A DNA stretch of 64,000 nucleotides, from assembly GCA_050084985.1 (NCBI GenBank), contig JBITNC010000001.1:57536001-57600000 (forward strand), written 5' to 3'. Position numbers and translations under genes: made by a program. This stretch comes from Nageia nagi (taxonomy: Eukaryota > Plantae > Pinophyta). Below, piece by piece: positions 24,896-38,370 of this stretch. Below the pieces are notes generated by a model that was not told the DNA's origin, did not search any database, and saw only the letters and a program-made list of their open reading frames with translations. Position 1 is the stretch's first letter; each line of letters starts with the position of its first letter.

Positions 24896-26578
24896 GTTAA
24901 AGATTTGGGATGCCCAAGTGGAAATGAATTTCAAAATGAGATAGCAATAACAAATACTCTCACTGCTATAAAATGATAAGTTCAACAAATTAGTGATACA
25001 ATTATTATATAAATTCTAGCAAGAATATACATTGTCACCTATGGATCTAGCATCTGATTAGCATTGAATATACATACAACTTCCTTTGAAAAGGAAAAAT
25101 TATAATTAGAGGGGAGGAAGGATATGGTTCCTCTCAATAATAATAAAATTGCACTTATTGTAATTATCGTTACAACTAGTCTTTTGAGCATTTGATAAGC
25201 CGATAACCTTATCATACTTGTAAAGAATTCAATGAAGTCCAAATCCATAGCCACTTATATCAAGCCACTTTTTATTAATAATAATTTAGCATTGGGACAC
25301 ATCATATTTGAAAACTCCATTATAGTCATGACAAGAGCCACAACCTCCTCAACTATTAAAATTAAATTGAGTGACATTCATAGCATGTTTTATAGACCCC
25401 AAAATAGATAAAATCCTATAAATTTCCTAAATATTCTAATTAAATGGAGCCTCTAAAGGAACCCCAACACCACATAGGTAGTTAAGTATCCATGCAATTG
25501 GTGAAAATGTTTGTTGTACTTATGACAGGCTTGGAATCCACTTCATGAAGAAAGGATCTTTACATTTTAAAATAATCAAAGATACAAAGTTCAGTAAATA
25601 AATATCATTTTTTGTTTTCTAAAGCTTTATGTTGACTCCCATCCATATATGAATTTGAACCAATAAGTGAATACTTCCCTCTTTTCTAATAAGGTATAAA
25701 GGTAAACCAATAAGTGAATAGATCTATTTTTCAACATGGTCAGGTATGTCAATAATCAATCATAAAAGGTTCATAAAATAAGTTCATCTCTATTGTAGAT
25801 TCAAATAGTGTAGAAAAATTGTGCTTTACTACATGCTTGGTTGAAATAATCAAACACTTAAGATGAAAAAAATAATAAATAGATTGGTAAATGGAATATT
25901 AGAAGAAAGAATGCTTAAACACTAACAAATAAAGTAAAATACATGTAAGAGAAATTTTAAGATAGGTATTTAGGTATAAAATCTAGAAAGAAATCATAAC
26001 ACTAATCCATAGAATTCAACCCATCTACAACAAAAGAAACATAGTAGCATAAATCAAATGGAATGATATGAATATTATAGCACAATTAAGAACTTACTCC
26101 CACCACCTTCAATACTAGGCAGGTAGATGAATGACATCTGAAAGGAAAAATTGAAGGACAAAATTTATTCCTTTTACATAAGGAATGTAGTAGCCACTGA
26201 AAAGATTATAATATACCAAGCTTAGAATAACATTCAAAGCAAATATGTAGATGCACTAAATATATATTACATGGGTACCCTCTTTTATAATATAATATAT
26301 CTTGTTACATTATGATTTTCATAAGTTATTTGGCATCATTCATGCAATCAAATTTTTATTTCATTTTAATGGGTGATATAAATTTGAATTCCTTATATAC
26401 GCTTCACACATCCTAAGACACTCTTGTAGAATTAAAAATAATAAACATTATAATATATTTTATTTTACCACCACCTACCAAAAACCTAGGTTTGCATATG
26501 CTTAACAACTAAATACCTCACCACCACATCGCCTACAAAGGAGAGAAGAACTAACCCACTAAGACACCCATGCCCTAG

Positions 26579-27166
26579 CTACTCTTAGAATGTGTTCACC
26601 ATCATGGGCTTGGTAGGAATCATCTTAACAAATGCAACATCATCATTATTGAGGAGCTTAGGTTCCTTCTCCAGCTCCTCACCAAAATTCCCATCAACCT
26701 TGGTAAAAATCTCAACAAACTTCACACCAATGTGGTAGGTGTGGTATTCGAGAACATGCGAATAACTATTACTAATCTAGCCAAGGTGGTTCATGATGAT
26801 CACCTTAGAGGTAAAGTTAGTAGCCTCTTAGCAAGGTCAGTTTTTTTAGTCTAAGGTCACATACCCATGCTTCATATCCCTAATTGTAGCTTGTTTGATA
26901 GTGAATCTAATATTGTTAACTATCAAAGCCTCCTACAGGCTTAATGGTGCATTTAAATGGACTTGACTATAGTTTTCAATATAGTGGGGTCAAATGTCAC
27001 CATGGAATTGGGATTTAGGATATTGGTTTCAACTCATCTAATAGGGATGATGGTAATACACCAATATTGTAGATGTACTGATGGGTAGGCAGAGAGGCTT
27101 GTTTGAGGGCCTCTTGGGCTCATTCACCATGTCCAAAGCATCAAGAAAGGTGGGTCCCTTATACCA
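26579..27166 (-). pseudogene. EF1A: Decayed elongation factor 1-alpha fragment (end of G domain through domain III)
   Basis: Minus strand reads WYKGPTFLDALDMVNEPKRPSNKPLCLP...[77 protein letters not shown]. Collinear with EF1A WYKGPTLLEALD...EPKRPSDKPLRLP...VIIMNHPGQI...[29 protein letters not shown]. Confidence 0.93.
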
Positions 27167-28990
27167 CCATAACTCCCTATAAAACCAACCCTCTCCACTA
27201 GAATTCCCAACATCTACATCAATGCTGCTAAGTATTTCCCCAAGCTCAAAAATAAGCCACTCTCTTTCCCTCTTCCTCTTTTCTCCTCCATTCTTACCAT
27301 GTTTACTGGAAGAAACTAAGATTATCCTAGGAATATAGGATGGGATGAGATTGTATACCTTGGTTGAAAGCTTCCATGTGAATGCACATTATGAGAATAG
27401 ATGCCCTTCATAAGAGTACATAATCTAGAATTTTCAAAACACTTTCTTTTTTTGCAATGTGTAAGTCATGCACAAGATCGTCAAAATGTGTTACCTTCAC
27501 CCTTGCCACACAATTGCCCCATGCAAGCTTGACATAAGTCTATCTTTTGAAATTGAGGTCCATTTTTTTAATTTTCCACATGGACTCCTAACCGATCATT
27601 CAATGTGTGTTGATTTGAGATGTTGGATTATACTCATGCTGTAGGTTGAAATTTAATGTTTGCCCCTTCCCATCAATAAGTTTTTTATGATAGTTTCAAT
27701 ATTGTAATGCCCATAAATATTTTTTAAATCCTTTGAAATATATTAATAATATAATATAAATTATTCCTTTATTTAGGCCTTTCGAAGGTGATAAGATTTA
27801 TTATATTTTTAGTTAGTTTTATTTTTTAACAAAATATGATTGTTTGTATGAGTAAATTTGGGGTTAAACCTTAAATATTTTTGTATTCTCATAACAAGGT
27901 TAATGTTTGAAGGTGGGATAAGCTACCTAAGCAATTATTAAATGGATTCCATAAATAGAAATAGGATTTTATTGACTTAATATATTCTCGAATATGGAAG
28001 ACTATATGTGAAAAATTGTCTATTACAAATTAAATTAAAGTTTAATCTTTGTGTACCTAATTAAGAGGATAATGGTTTTAAACTAATCAAATTGTTATGA
28101 AATATATTGTATATAAAATAAAATAAATTTGCACTAGAACAATTCAATTTTATTTGTAATTATGATTTATTTTTATTTATTTTTTTATCATAGAAGAATA
28201 TTTTTCATTTGAAGATATATGATATTTTATTAGATATGAGATATTTGATATGTTATAATTATTATGATTTAAATTTGTAATTTTATTATTTCAATTTTGT
28301 TAGTGTTGGAGGTGTAGATGATTTTTTATATTTAATCAAATACATACATAATGTATTGAAAAAGGTAAAATGATTTAAGGAGGAGTAATAAAAAGATAAA
28401 TTCAAATTTCAAGATGTAGTATTGTATTGATCAATGTGAATGCAAATATTTTATTATCAAAGGTCATTATCATTTCATTTTAAGATAACCAATTCAATTT
28501 TCTTCATTCTTTCTTATATAAAAATTGACCATCCAAAGATTTATATACTTGTCGAGATTTCCAAGCTATTTAAATATTTATCGATAAGATGATTAGGAGA
28601 GGCACCTCAGGATCTATAGTGATAATTTATGGTGTTTTGTAACATATTTTTAAGATAATTATCCCTTGCATGAAGTAAACTTTTATAATGAAGTGTTGGT
28701 TAATAAGAAGTTTAACCTGCCAACAACTGGAAAATGAATAAAATACCAATGCTCTAGCTATTACATAATTTAAAGTTTTAAATATGCAATGTCATTTCCA
28801 AATGTAATTAAATGATTGAAAACTCTCAACTTATAGTGAACATTTTAGTTATGTTTTTGCATATTGAAAATGTAGAATCTTTTATCTATTATAGCCATTT
28901 ATGTATTTGAAAAAAAAAGACTAAAAACCTAATTGTTATATTAAAATATTGCATAAAGGTGAATATATTCCATCGTATTTGAAGTTGATA

Positions 28991-30790
28991 ATGAGTAGTT
29001 TAACTACAAATATGATTGAAAGCATATTTGTAGGCATAAATGGCATTGAACCTTTTGTACAAGTAACATGTATAGAGTTAATTCACCAACAATCTTCTAC
29101 AAACATAAGATATCAACTCCAACTATCAAATGGTTCACATACTCATCTAGCACTGCTTCCAAAGCAATACAATAATTTTGTTTCAAAAAAAGCTTTGGAC
29201 ATAGGAATTGTTATTTACCTTCAACAATATACTTCTAAGATATTCAATAATTTAATGTAAGTTCTTACTATTATACTACTTTCATAAATTATCATTTATC
29301 CATATACATTATTTTCCTTAACCATATATATCATGTCATTGCAAGGCAATTGTAATTACTTGTATGGAAATAATTGCAAACAATAGTGCCACTTATTAGA
29401 TCTCTAATTCACTTGGTTCAAGCTACAAATTTCCTTCCACCAAGTAGTTCTTGAGACTATTTGGGATCTTCACAATGTATTTATGGCTCAACACAAGAAG
29501 ATAGTAACTCCAACTAAAAACAACCGCTCGTGCCTTGTGAAATAAATTCCATTATAACATTGAATCCAAATCTCAAGCATTAGTCCATTAAAGGTAAAGC
29601 AATGGCAAAAATAACAATTCATCAATACCATAATATTGGCAGTAGTGGGAAATTTTTTGGTTTTGATTTCATTGACAAAGAAGGCATAGAAATCCATATT
29701 AGTTATTTCAATGAGCTTGTGGATCAATTATATCATGTTGTAAATTCAAATATTATCTCTATTATTTGTAATGATTGAATTAAAATTCCCAACCCAAGAT
29801 ATAATAAATCCACAAACCCTCTTAAAATATTCCTCCAAAACTCATCAACAATAATTCCTTCCACCTGCGTTGACTTGAAAATATTGAAACACAACTACCA
29901 TATCAAGAACATACATTCCTTACTTTATTTTCCCATCAATTCCATAGTGGATGTTGTTGGCATACTTATTTCCATATCTATTGCATCAACTATTTGTAAG
30001 AGAGATAGTACTAAAACTATCAAATGTACAACTATAGTCAAGGACAATTCAAGTTATACCATTGATGTTATACTTTGGGGTCAACATTGTCATATTAATG
30101 GAAAATAAGTATTAGTAATACCTCATCAACTAGATCCTCAAATTATATTGATCAAATTTGGATGCATAACTCCTTGGTGTGGAAAATATATAGACATAAT
30201 ATTTTTAACCATCATTTTCATAAACCCAGATTTGGTATTCTCTTATTGTAATTGACCATATCCCTTATTTTTGTATTAGTCAATCATAATTTCCCACTTG
30301 CTTTTACAATTCCAATTTGTATTGCCTCTATCTTGATGGAATTTCCATTGATAAAATAAATATTTGTATAAAAACCATTATTTCAAAAATTCATCGAGAT
30401 GATTTTATTACCTAGCTTATCCTCAGTTAAATAACAATTAAAAATGTAAAATAAAAAAAAATTTATAAAAAAAACCTTTAATACTTACGAGTGCCCAAAA
30501 TATAATACAGAAACTATTCAAATGTGATTTCAACTATGTGTTAAAAATGGACTTGTAATATGATACTAGTGAACTTGTAAAAGTTACAATATTTGAAGGA
30601 GCAGCAACTAATTTGTTAGGTGTCAATGCTAATAATTTTTAACTTTTATTAGCAGATCTAGAAACAACTCAAAACATTATTGAAAATATCATCAATTATG
30701 AGTTTTTTTTTCTTATGTCCATCCAATTGAATCACTTTCAAGGAAAAATAATAGAAAATATTATTATTATGGTCATCAAGTGCATATAAT
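28991..30790 (+). pseudogene. RPA70 (replication protein A large subunit)-like gene, degraded
   Basis: N-terminal OB fold MSSLTTNMIESIF...PFVQV...RYQLQLSNGSH; intron gtaag at ~29257; DBD-A IITLNPNLKH*SIKGK...GKFFGFDFIDKEGIEIHISYFNE; DBD-B NSIVDVVGIL...KDNSSYTIDVILWG; DBD-C remnants FYYLA and VTIFEGAATNLLG. Confidence 0.88.
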
Positions 30791-31529
30791 ATTGTATAAA
30801 TCGTAGATATGCCCCCAACCATTTTGTATCTATAGGCTAGGTATAATTAGACTAGTCTTGATGTATAGGTTATCTGTAATTTAGATACAGTCACATGGTA
30901 TGTAAGCAGTAATACGATATAAGTGGTTTTGTTTCATTGATATGGATATACATGTATATCTCTACATTATAATAGGTTTTGAGGATTCTGTCAAAACCCA
31001 ATGCACTTTTTTGATAATATATTTACCCTTTTATCAAAAAAATATTGTATAAATTTTATGCTTAGTCAAACTTTTATACATTGAAAACTCATTTTTGTAA
31101 AGATGAATTTCCACAAAAAAAAAATATGTATTAAATGAATCTCAAGTTATTTTTGTACATGAAATATTTTATTTTCACATTATGTTATCTCCTATAATTA
31201 TTTTAATTATGTTAGATGTTAATGTACATGTAAGCCATATTTTTATTTCTCTCCAAAAAAATTGTTATTGCTAATGCTATGGATAATATATAACATTTTT
31301 TCAATTTTGAAGTTTTACATATACAAATTATATTTTTTTGAGTCTTTAATTTCAATGGTAATATTGTGGGGAGTTGATTTTCATATATAATGTTTTTTTT
31401 TTTAAAAAGAAGCTTTGGAATATTTTAATTTACATACAACAAAACTTACATAAAATAATGTTATGTTACATGATTGATATCTCATCACATTGATATACAA
31501 CAAATATTTTAATAGAAAAAGAAAACCAC

Positions 31530-34500
31530 ATAATGAAAGCAAGAAGAGCTCATGAAAATCAATTGTAGCATGGATGTAACCAACCTAGAGCTAATTTTCT
31601 CAATGCAAGTAGATAATAAAATCAACAAATCCTCATTGATGCAATATCAACATCCACATCCACATTAAGACTTACGCCTAAAATATCTTTCTACATTCAC
31701 TCTCCTCCACTTTTCACCTTAAAATATTACATTGCTAGAAACAAGTTCCATTCCAATTTGGATAAGCTTCCAAATATGATAACATGTTTTGTATGCATGG
31801 AACAATATCCAAGAATTAAAATAAGACAAATATATGGAAATTTTACTTATTGCATATGTATTTTAAAAAGAAATGGTCATCGCTTCTTGAAGTGGAACAA
31901 CATGGACCTTGGTGAAAAACCCCTATGTTTATAAAAATTAACTCAAATTGAGGAGATGTTGATAGCAAGAACCAATCCTATCCTTTAGGCTACATATGCA
32001 AAAAGGAGGCCAACTATAATGTAATAGTCACACTATTTTCTTTCCTTAGGATATATATGCACTTGCAACTCACTTTCTAAGAAATTTAAATGGGTTACAT
32101 ATTTTAATAGTGAATAGAAAAATATTAGAGATCAACAATACAACTTCTATGTTAGTAGAAGCAACATCCAAGAAGCATTACACTATAATATTAAACATAA
32201 TCCATACTATAGAGAAGTACAATTAGATGAAGATGCATTATCAAACTTGCCAAATACATCCACAAATATTTCTAATATTGTATACATAAAAATTGTAAAC
32301 CTAAAACTCATTGAGAGAAATTCCATGGAAAAAAGAATTCTAGATGATGATTCATTACAAGATGACATCTACAAAATAACTTCTTTTTTTGGAAAACCTT
32401 CCACTAGCACATAAAGAGGTTGAAGAATTATGTTCTTTACTGTAACTAGAAAAAGGATTCCCAAGTCCTGTTATTAAATAGCCTCCCATTACTATGATAA
32501 TCATCAATGACTTCACCAATGAAGGATTATTTGCAATGGTATTTCCTACTCTATTTCCAAAAGGTAAAGCATTGTTCAAATAACAACCTATGAAAGAAGT
32601 ACAACTACATGAATATGCTCTACACCTTCTAAGGTATCATGATAATAGATTTGGCTAGCACCCATGATTATGATACTTCATACTTAATATAATGATGCAC
32701 AATCAAAGTCAATCAACAACTTCTATTTTTTCAAAAAGATATCAATGATAGTCTACCAACAACAATTAATGATCTTTAATAGAAATTGAAATATGCACCT
32801 AATGATAAGATTATCGACCATATGTTGCATTTTAACTCATATATTAAAGGTATAAAACCATTTTAAAGCCTTTGTATAGCAAAAATATTAGACATGATCA
32901 TTCAAATCGGATGCCTTACACTATTCTTCACCCTTAGTGCGGTAGATACAAAATGGTATACCTACACATCATAATGCTAAATTCAACACCAACAAATCCT
33001 CAAATCACCTCCAAATGGAGGATACAAAATATAATTCAAAATTCACACCTCACCCTAATGTACATGCATCATCTATTTATAGCATTTCATGAATAAGTAT
33101 TAGAAAAGCTCCTTGATGCAAAGGACTATTGGTACAAGTATACTATTTGTTATATTTTAAATTAATTTTTCATTACATTCATCCTTATCTATGGGCTAAC
33201 TTTTAATATTACCAAATATAAATGGTAACATAGAGGCTTTGCTTATATTCATGAATTCCTCTGGTTACAAAACATACTTAATATTGCAAGGCTATAATGG
33301 AATAACTTTCAATTAGTTCAAAATGCAATTAATTTCATTGATAAATGTGTGTCTTCTTAGAATCAAAATCCTGCTTTACCACAAAATGCAACATTTCTTA
33401 GAAATCATTTTAACAACCCTTTCCTATTAAATAAATCACTTATTATCTCAAGCAATCTTTTTATTGACTACAATGAACTAGCTAATTGTATTTAATGTCA
33501 TACAAAATGTACCTTGTAAACTTTCCTACATAGCAAAGTATCATCTCTTGAATGTCGATATAAATCCCCTTGGTCCCTACAAGATATCTAAACTCTTAAA
33601 CCTAATGAATAAGATAATCCCAAATACATCCTTGCTCATAATGATGATCGTTTGAATATTCATAACCCAATTATTCTATCTATCTAGATAGCTAGTATAG
33701 ATTGCAAGCCTATTATTTCAATCAATACCATTATCAAATACATTGGAAAGTATGCAACAAAATCATAGGATAAATCTAAAATATATCATGTAATATTTTC
33801 TCGTATCTCAATAAACTACAAACCAAAATGACCAACAATAGTTGCTTTTCATAAAATGCTCATTGATAATCTTGTCAATCGTGACATTTCAACACAAGAA
33901 ACTTGCCACCTTTTAATTAAGCTACCACTATCCCTATATAGTTGAATATTTATTTCTTTAAATGTATACATAATAAATAATATTAATATCTTGCAATCTC
34001 ATCTTCGTCAACATCAACAACCACAACCTTTGTTAATTCTTACATCTAGCACAATCAAAAATATTGAAAGTATGTCACTTATTGAAGTGGATAAGAAATG
34101 GGCATTCAAAGAATCTTGAAAAATCAAGAAATGGGAAGAAAATTCTACAAATGCAATCATTTGAGTCTCTCCATGATTCACAAGAATTCCAACAAAAGAT
34201 GATATTTATTTTCTACAATTTTGTCGAACTAAATTACTTCTATACAAGCCATTTAGTAGTATTTAAAATGCAATTCCAAAAATATTAGACCAAGTTTTTG
34301 TAGTAATGGGAAGCATTCTAAAATAGTTACAATGCATGGCATGTATGAAAAATAACAATGGAAACAACTAAAGAACCTGATAGTAGCACATCCTCTAACA
34401 AAGAAATAAATTTATAATAAAATATTCAAAGTGAATGATAAGCCTTATCATGAATACATCCAGGGAATCCTTTACAAATATGTGATCTAGACATGCTTGG

Positions 34501-35970
34501 TCAATATGATATGGACATTAACTATGGTTGGGAAACTACACATTTTACTCCAAAAGAACAAATTATAGCATCCACTTTCTGCAACTATTAAAAATTTGAT
34601 CTACCACTCATTCTCTCTCTAAATTCCTTTAATTGCATGTTTATAGAACAAAAATGATCCTTTGATATAATACTCTCACATATATCTATCAATTTTTATC
34701 AAGAACCTCTCAAAATGATCATTCAAGAAACTACAAGAATAAGAAAATCACACCTAATAACAAGCATCAAGTCTATGCTCCAAAATTTAGCTCCAGATGT
34801 TCAATCACCATTGCTACTTCTTGCACCAACAAGTGTTGTAGCATTCAACATAGCAGCTTTAGCAATTCATTCTACACTTCGAATAGCTATCATAGAAATG
34901 GTTTCCCTACATGGAAAAGTACTTGTAATATTTTAAGAAAAATGTACTTAATTCAATACATAATTATTGATAAAATGAGTTTCATTGGCCCAAATATATT
35001 GGAATGAATTGACATGAGGTTATGAGAAGCCTTCTCTGCAAATAACCACACACCATTTTATGGATGATCTATCATCCTCTTCAGTGACTTGGTACAACTA
35101 CCATCAATTAAATACATACCAATGTATGCTTTAACTTCTTATGGAAGGATAATATGGCATAGCTTCACAATGAATTTTTCAAGAAATTGATGATAATCCT
35201 CTTCAAATTTAATTTCATGACCTTGTTATCAAATTTATGAAATGTAGAACCTACAATTATAGATTGGGAAGCTCTAATATCATGTACAATTTCTTCAAAC
35301 TCGATCCCATGGAGCAATCCACCTTCTTCTCGTCCATGCATCTTTATATAACAAATGAGATGGTTTCATAACATAACAAACATATGTTATTATCCTTAGC
35401 AAAAACTATATCCATGTGCATTACAGAGCAATAACAAAGTTCAACATTCTTAAATCTAGATGAAGAAAAATTTCGATCATAATTTCTCTTTTGTATTGAC
35501 CAAGAAGTTATGTTGTGTTCAAATTTATGGGTAGAAACATGGCTTTTCAATGATGCACTTAGATAAGAAAATCAATTATTTACAAGCAAAGTGAAAAGCC
35601 ACCAAAGCTTCCTTTGCTTGTTATTGTTAAATTCCAAAATTACATAGGCCCATTTTGGGATCAAAATAAGCCTAAATTTGTTCCTATATGCCCTATAAGC
35701 CATGAATGATGATGCCAAATACCATTCAAAACCGCATGGACGTTAATAATACACAAATCACAAGACCTTACACTTGAAAGAGCAACTATTGATATGTGCA
35801 AAATTGATCGATAAGGACTTACTTTATATCCATTTCAAAAGTTCATGGACTATCATATCTACATATATAACCTAATTTCACATTCAAAAGATATGCATAC
35901 ATGCAAATCAACCCAAATGTTAGCCTTCATAAAAAAGAAGAGGAACGCTTGATGTCCTTATCAAATGTTG
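31530..35970 (+). pseudogene. Helitron RepHel transposase (HUH Rep plus Pif1-family SF1 helicase), heavily decayed
   Basis: LTQIEEMLIAR; LFAMVFPTLFPKG; motif 1 GCLTLFFTLSAVDTKW (~32909); motif 2 YKW*HRGFAYIHEFLW after a 78-bp intron at 33138-33215; motif 3 YIGKYATK (33739); RDISTQETCHLL. Helicase: LLLAPTSVVAFNI, IIDKMSF, SDLVQLP, AWTLIIHKSQDLTL. Confidence 0.92.
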
Positions 35971-36629
35971 ACACATAAATAGAATTAATTTTCATTTTCA
36001 AATACAATTATAAATTGTACTTCCTCTTCAAAATCAAATGTTTATCTACAATGCATTAGTTAAATTATTATGTATGCTTTTGTTCAACTATCATGAGTGA
36101 TATTATTCTTAGAATACTATTCAATTCTATTATTTTGAGATAATATTATATTAATTTATCTATGTATTCATCACAACCTAAGTGCAAATTGAGTTAATAA
36201 AAATAATATTCACTATTAAAGACAATTAGAGTGTAGTTTGAGGAAAAAAAAATTCAATAGAATATATGTTTAACTAAATTAATGCAATGCCAAATAATAA
36301 TTTTATTAAGGAATACTTGTGAGCACTTAAATTTTTAATATATATGTACTTAATGCTTACATATTTTTAATATTTTTTTTCTAAAATTATGTTAATCTAT
36401 ATTTATTTAAAAATCTTCACTATATAAATAAAGGGTAAAATTTAAAATGCATTTTACATGTTCATCAGTCTACCAATCGATAGTTCATATTTATTTTGTC
36501 CTCCATTTATACCAAAAGTGATTACCCGATAGCCAAATACCCTCTCATGTATATCAACAAACCCTCCCCAAAATCATTAGACTTCAGCTAATTCTTTACT
36601 TCCTTAGATTTCAGGTTTCGATCATAGCT

Positions 36630-36755
36630 ATGATGCCCATGGCAAAGAAGAAGCCCATAGAGAAAAACTTAGTGGTAGAGAAATCTCCAGTTGCAAAAAA
36701 GAAAACTCCTTCGAAGACTGATAAGAAATTCCCCAAAGAAGTAGGCAATAAGAAA
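36630..36755 (+). pseudogene. H2B: Captured histone H2B 5' fragment (N-terminal tail only)
   Basis: MMPMAKKKPIEKNLVVEKSPVAKKKTPSKTDKKFPKEVGNKK aligns by eye to the plant H2B tail MAPKAEKKPAEKKP..EKAPAEKKPKAEKKLPKEGGDKK. Similarity stops before the histone fold. Confidence 0.72.
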
Positions 36756-37699
36756 TGGAAAATAACATTAAAATCTTTGTTGTATTATTTAAGAAAAATA
36801 TATACAATAGATTCAAATTTTTAAAACTTGAACCACTAACCCCATTTCTGAATTGGTTTAATGGACCAATATCATTGCTCCAAAGACCTATTAAATAAGA
36901 ATCTCTAAGATATAGAGAAAATCACAAAAATGGATAAAAAATTGAGCAATTATTTTAATGAAAATGATATAACTTGAAGAGGCTATAACTTTTGATCTTG
37001 ATATCGTTTTGAGCCCTTTTTTTTAATCATACAGAATTAAAGATCTATAATTATATTATTTTCTTGCAAATATTGATGCAAAATCCTATGTAAATTCTAA
37101 AAATATGATGTAAAAATCAACATAAATTCTAAAAATCTAATGTAAAAAATTATTTAAAATTTTAAAATTTGATGCAAAAATTGATAATCTGATGCAAACT
37201 TCAATGTAAAATTCTGATCCAAATGTGACACAAAAAAGGATGCAAAAAGTGTTATGTCAGTCATGTCAAAATTTGCATCAATTTTTGGTGTTGAAGTTAA
37301 AAAAATGCCCTTTGTTTGGATGTGAAAAAGAACACAAATACATTATTTTCTATTAGTACCAGCACACCTTTGCATGCAATTTGCATAATTGTACATAAGA
37401 AAGAAAGATAATGAAAAAGCTCATAAATTCTATGAGAAAGGCATCAATGAGCTTCGTTAACATGGCTTTTTCGGACAAGTCTTCAAAGACTTTGAAAACT
37501 TTCATAGAAAAATTCAGTGCCCATATGAAGATGATAATTACACAGGAAACAAAACCATTCGAAAGTTATATTAACAAGTAACAATTTTCTTTAAAAAAAT
37601 GAGTTCAATATTGCATAACAAGCTTTTGCTATAACTAATGAAAATTTACTTCTTTATGTAGGTTATATTAATCATTCCAAAACTTTTATTCAAATACAA

Positions 37700-38370
37700 G
37701 AAATTTTTCAAAAACCTATTTCAAAATTTTGATATGTACATATTACTCATTTTACAACTATTTTTCAAATATTAGTTATTATTTCTTAAACTTTTATGAA
37801 TTTCTTAAAATGTTACCAATATTTAATATAGATCGAATATACTTTATGTTTTGCATATTACAAATTTAAATGAACTTTTATTCCTATTTTCTTATTTAAA
37901 TTCTTTCATTATGTAATCATTAAAATATTTCATAGATTTATAAATATAAATTTGCAATTCCACATCTTATTGTTGTTGATATGAATTTGCAACTTCAAAT
38001 GTTGTTGTTGTTGTTAAAAATAAAAAACTTACTATTTCTTGTTATGTATTTCTAAAACTATATAATACATCAAATATACTTTATGCATTGCATATTAAAA
38101 ATTTACTTTACATTTTACTCAAATTTTCAAATTGAAATTCAATCATTGTGTAATCATGTAGCAATTCTAAAACTTACATATTTATCGTTTCACAACTCTT
38201 TTATAACTATTAATTTTTATTTCTAATTTTTCAATGAAATTATTAAAATGTAACCAACATCTCTAATTTTATTGTTAATATGAATTTGCAACGTCAAACA
38301 TTATTGATGTTGTTAACATAAAAAGTTACTATTTCTTGTTATGTATTTCTAAAACTATATAATACAAAGA
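37700..38370 (+). repeat. Degenerate AT-rich direct repeats near the Helitron 3' end
   Basis: atatgaatttgcaac...ttactatttcttgttatgtatttctaaaactatataatac occurs at ~37979-38068 and ~38278-38365; atatactttatg...tgcatatta at ~37837 and ~38074. Confidence 0.75.

Noticed and set aside
26579-27166. EF1A as a functional gene or classic processed pseudogene
   Set aside because: Multiple stops and frameshifts, both ends missing, and no poly(A) or TSD visible.
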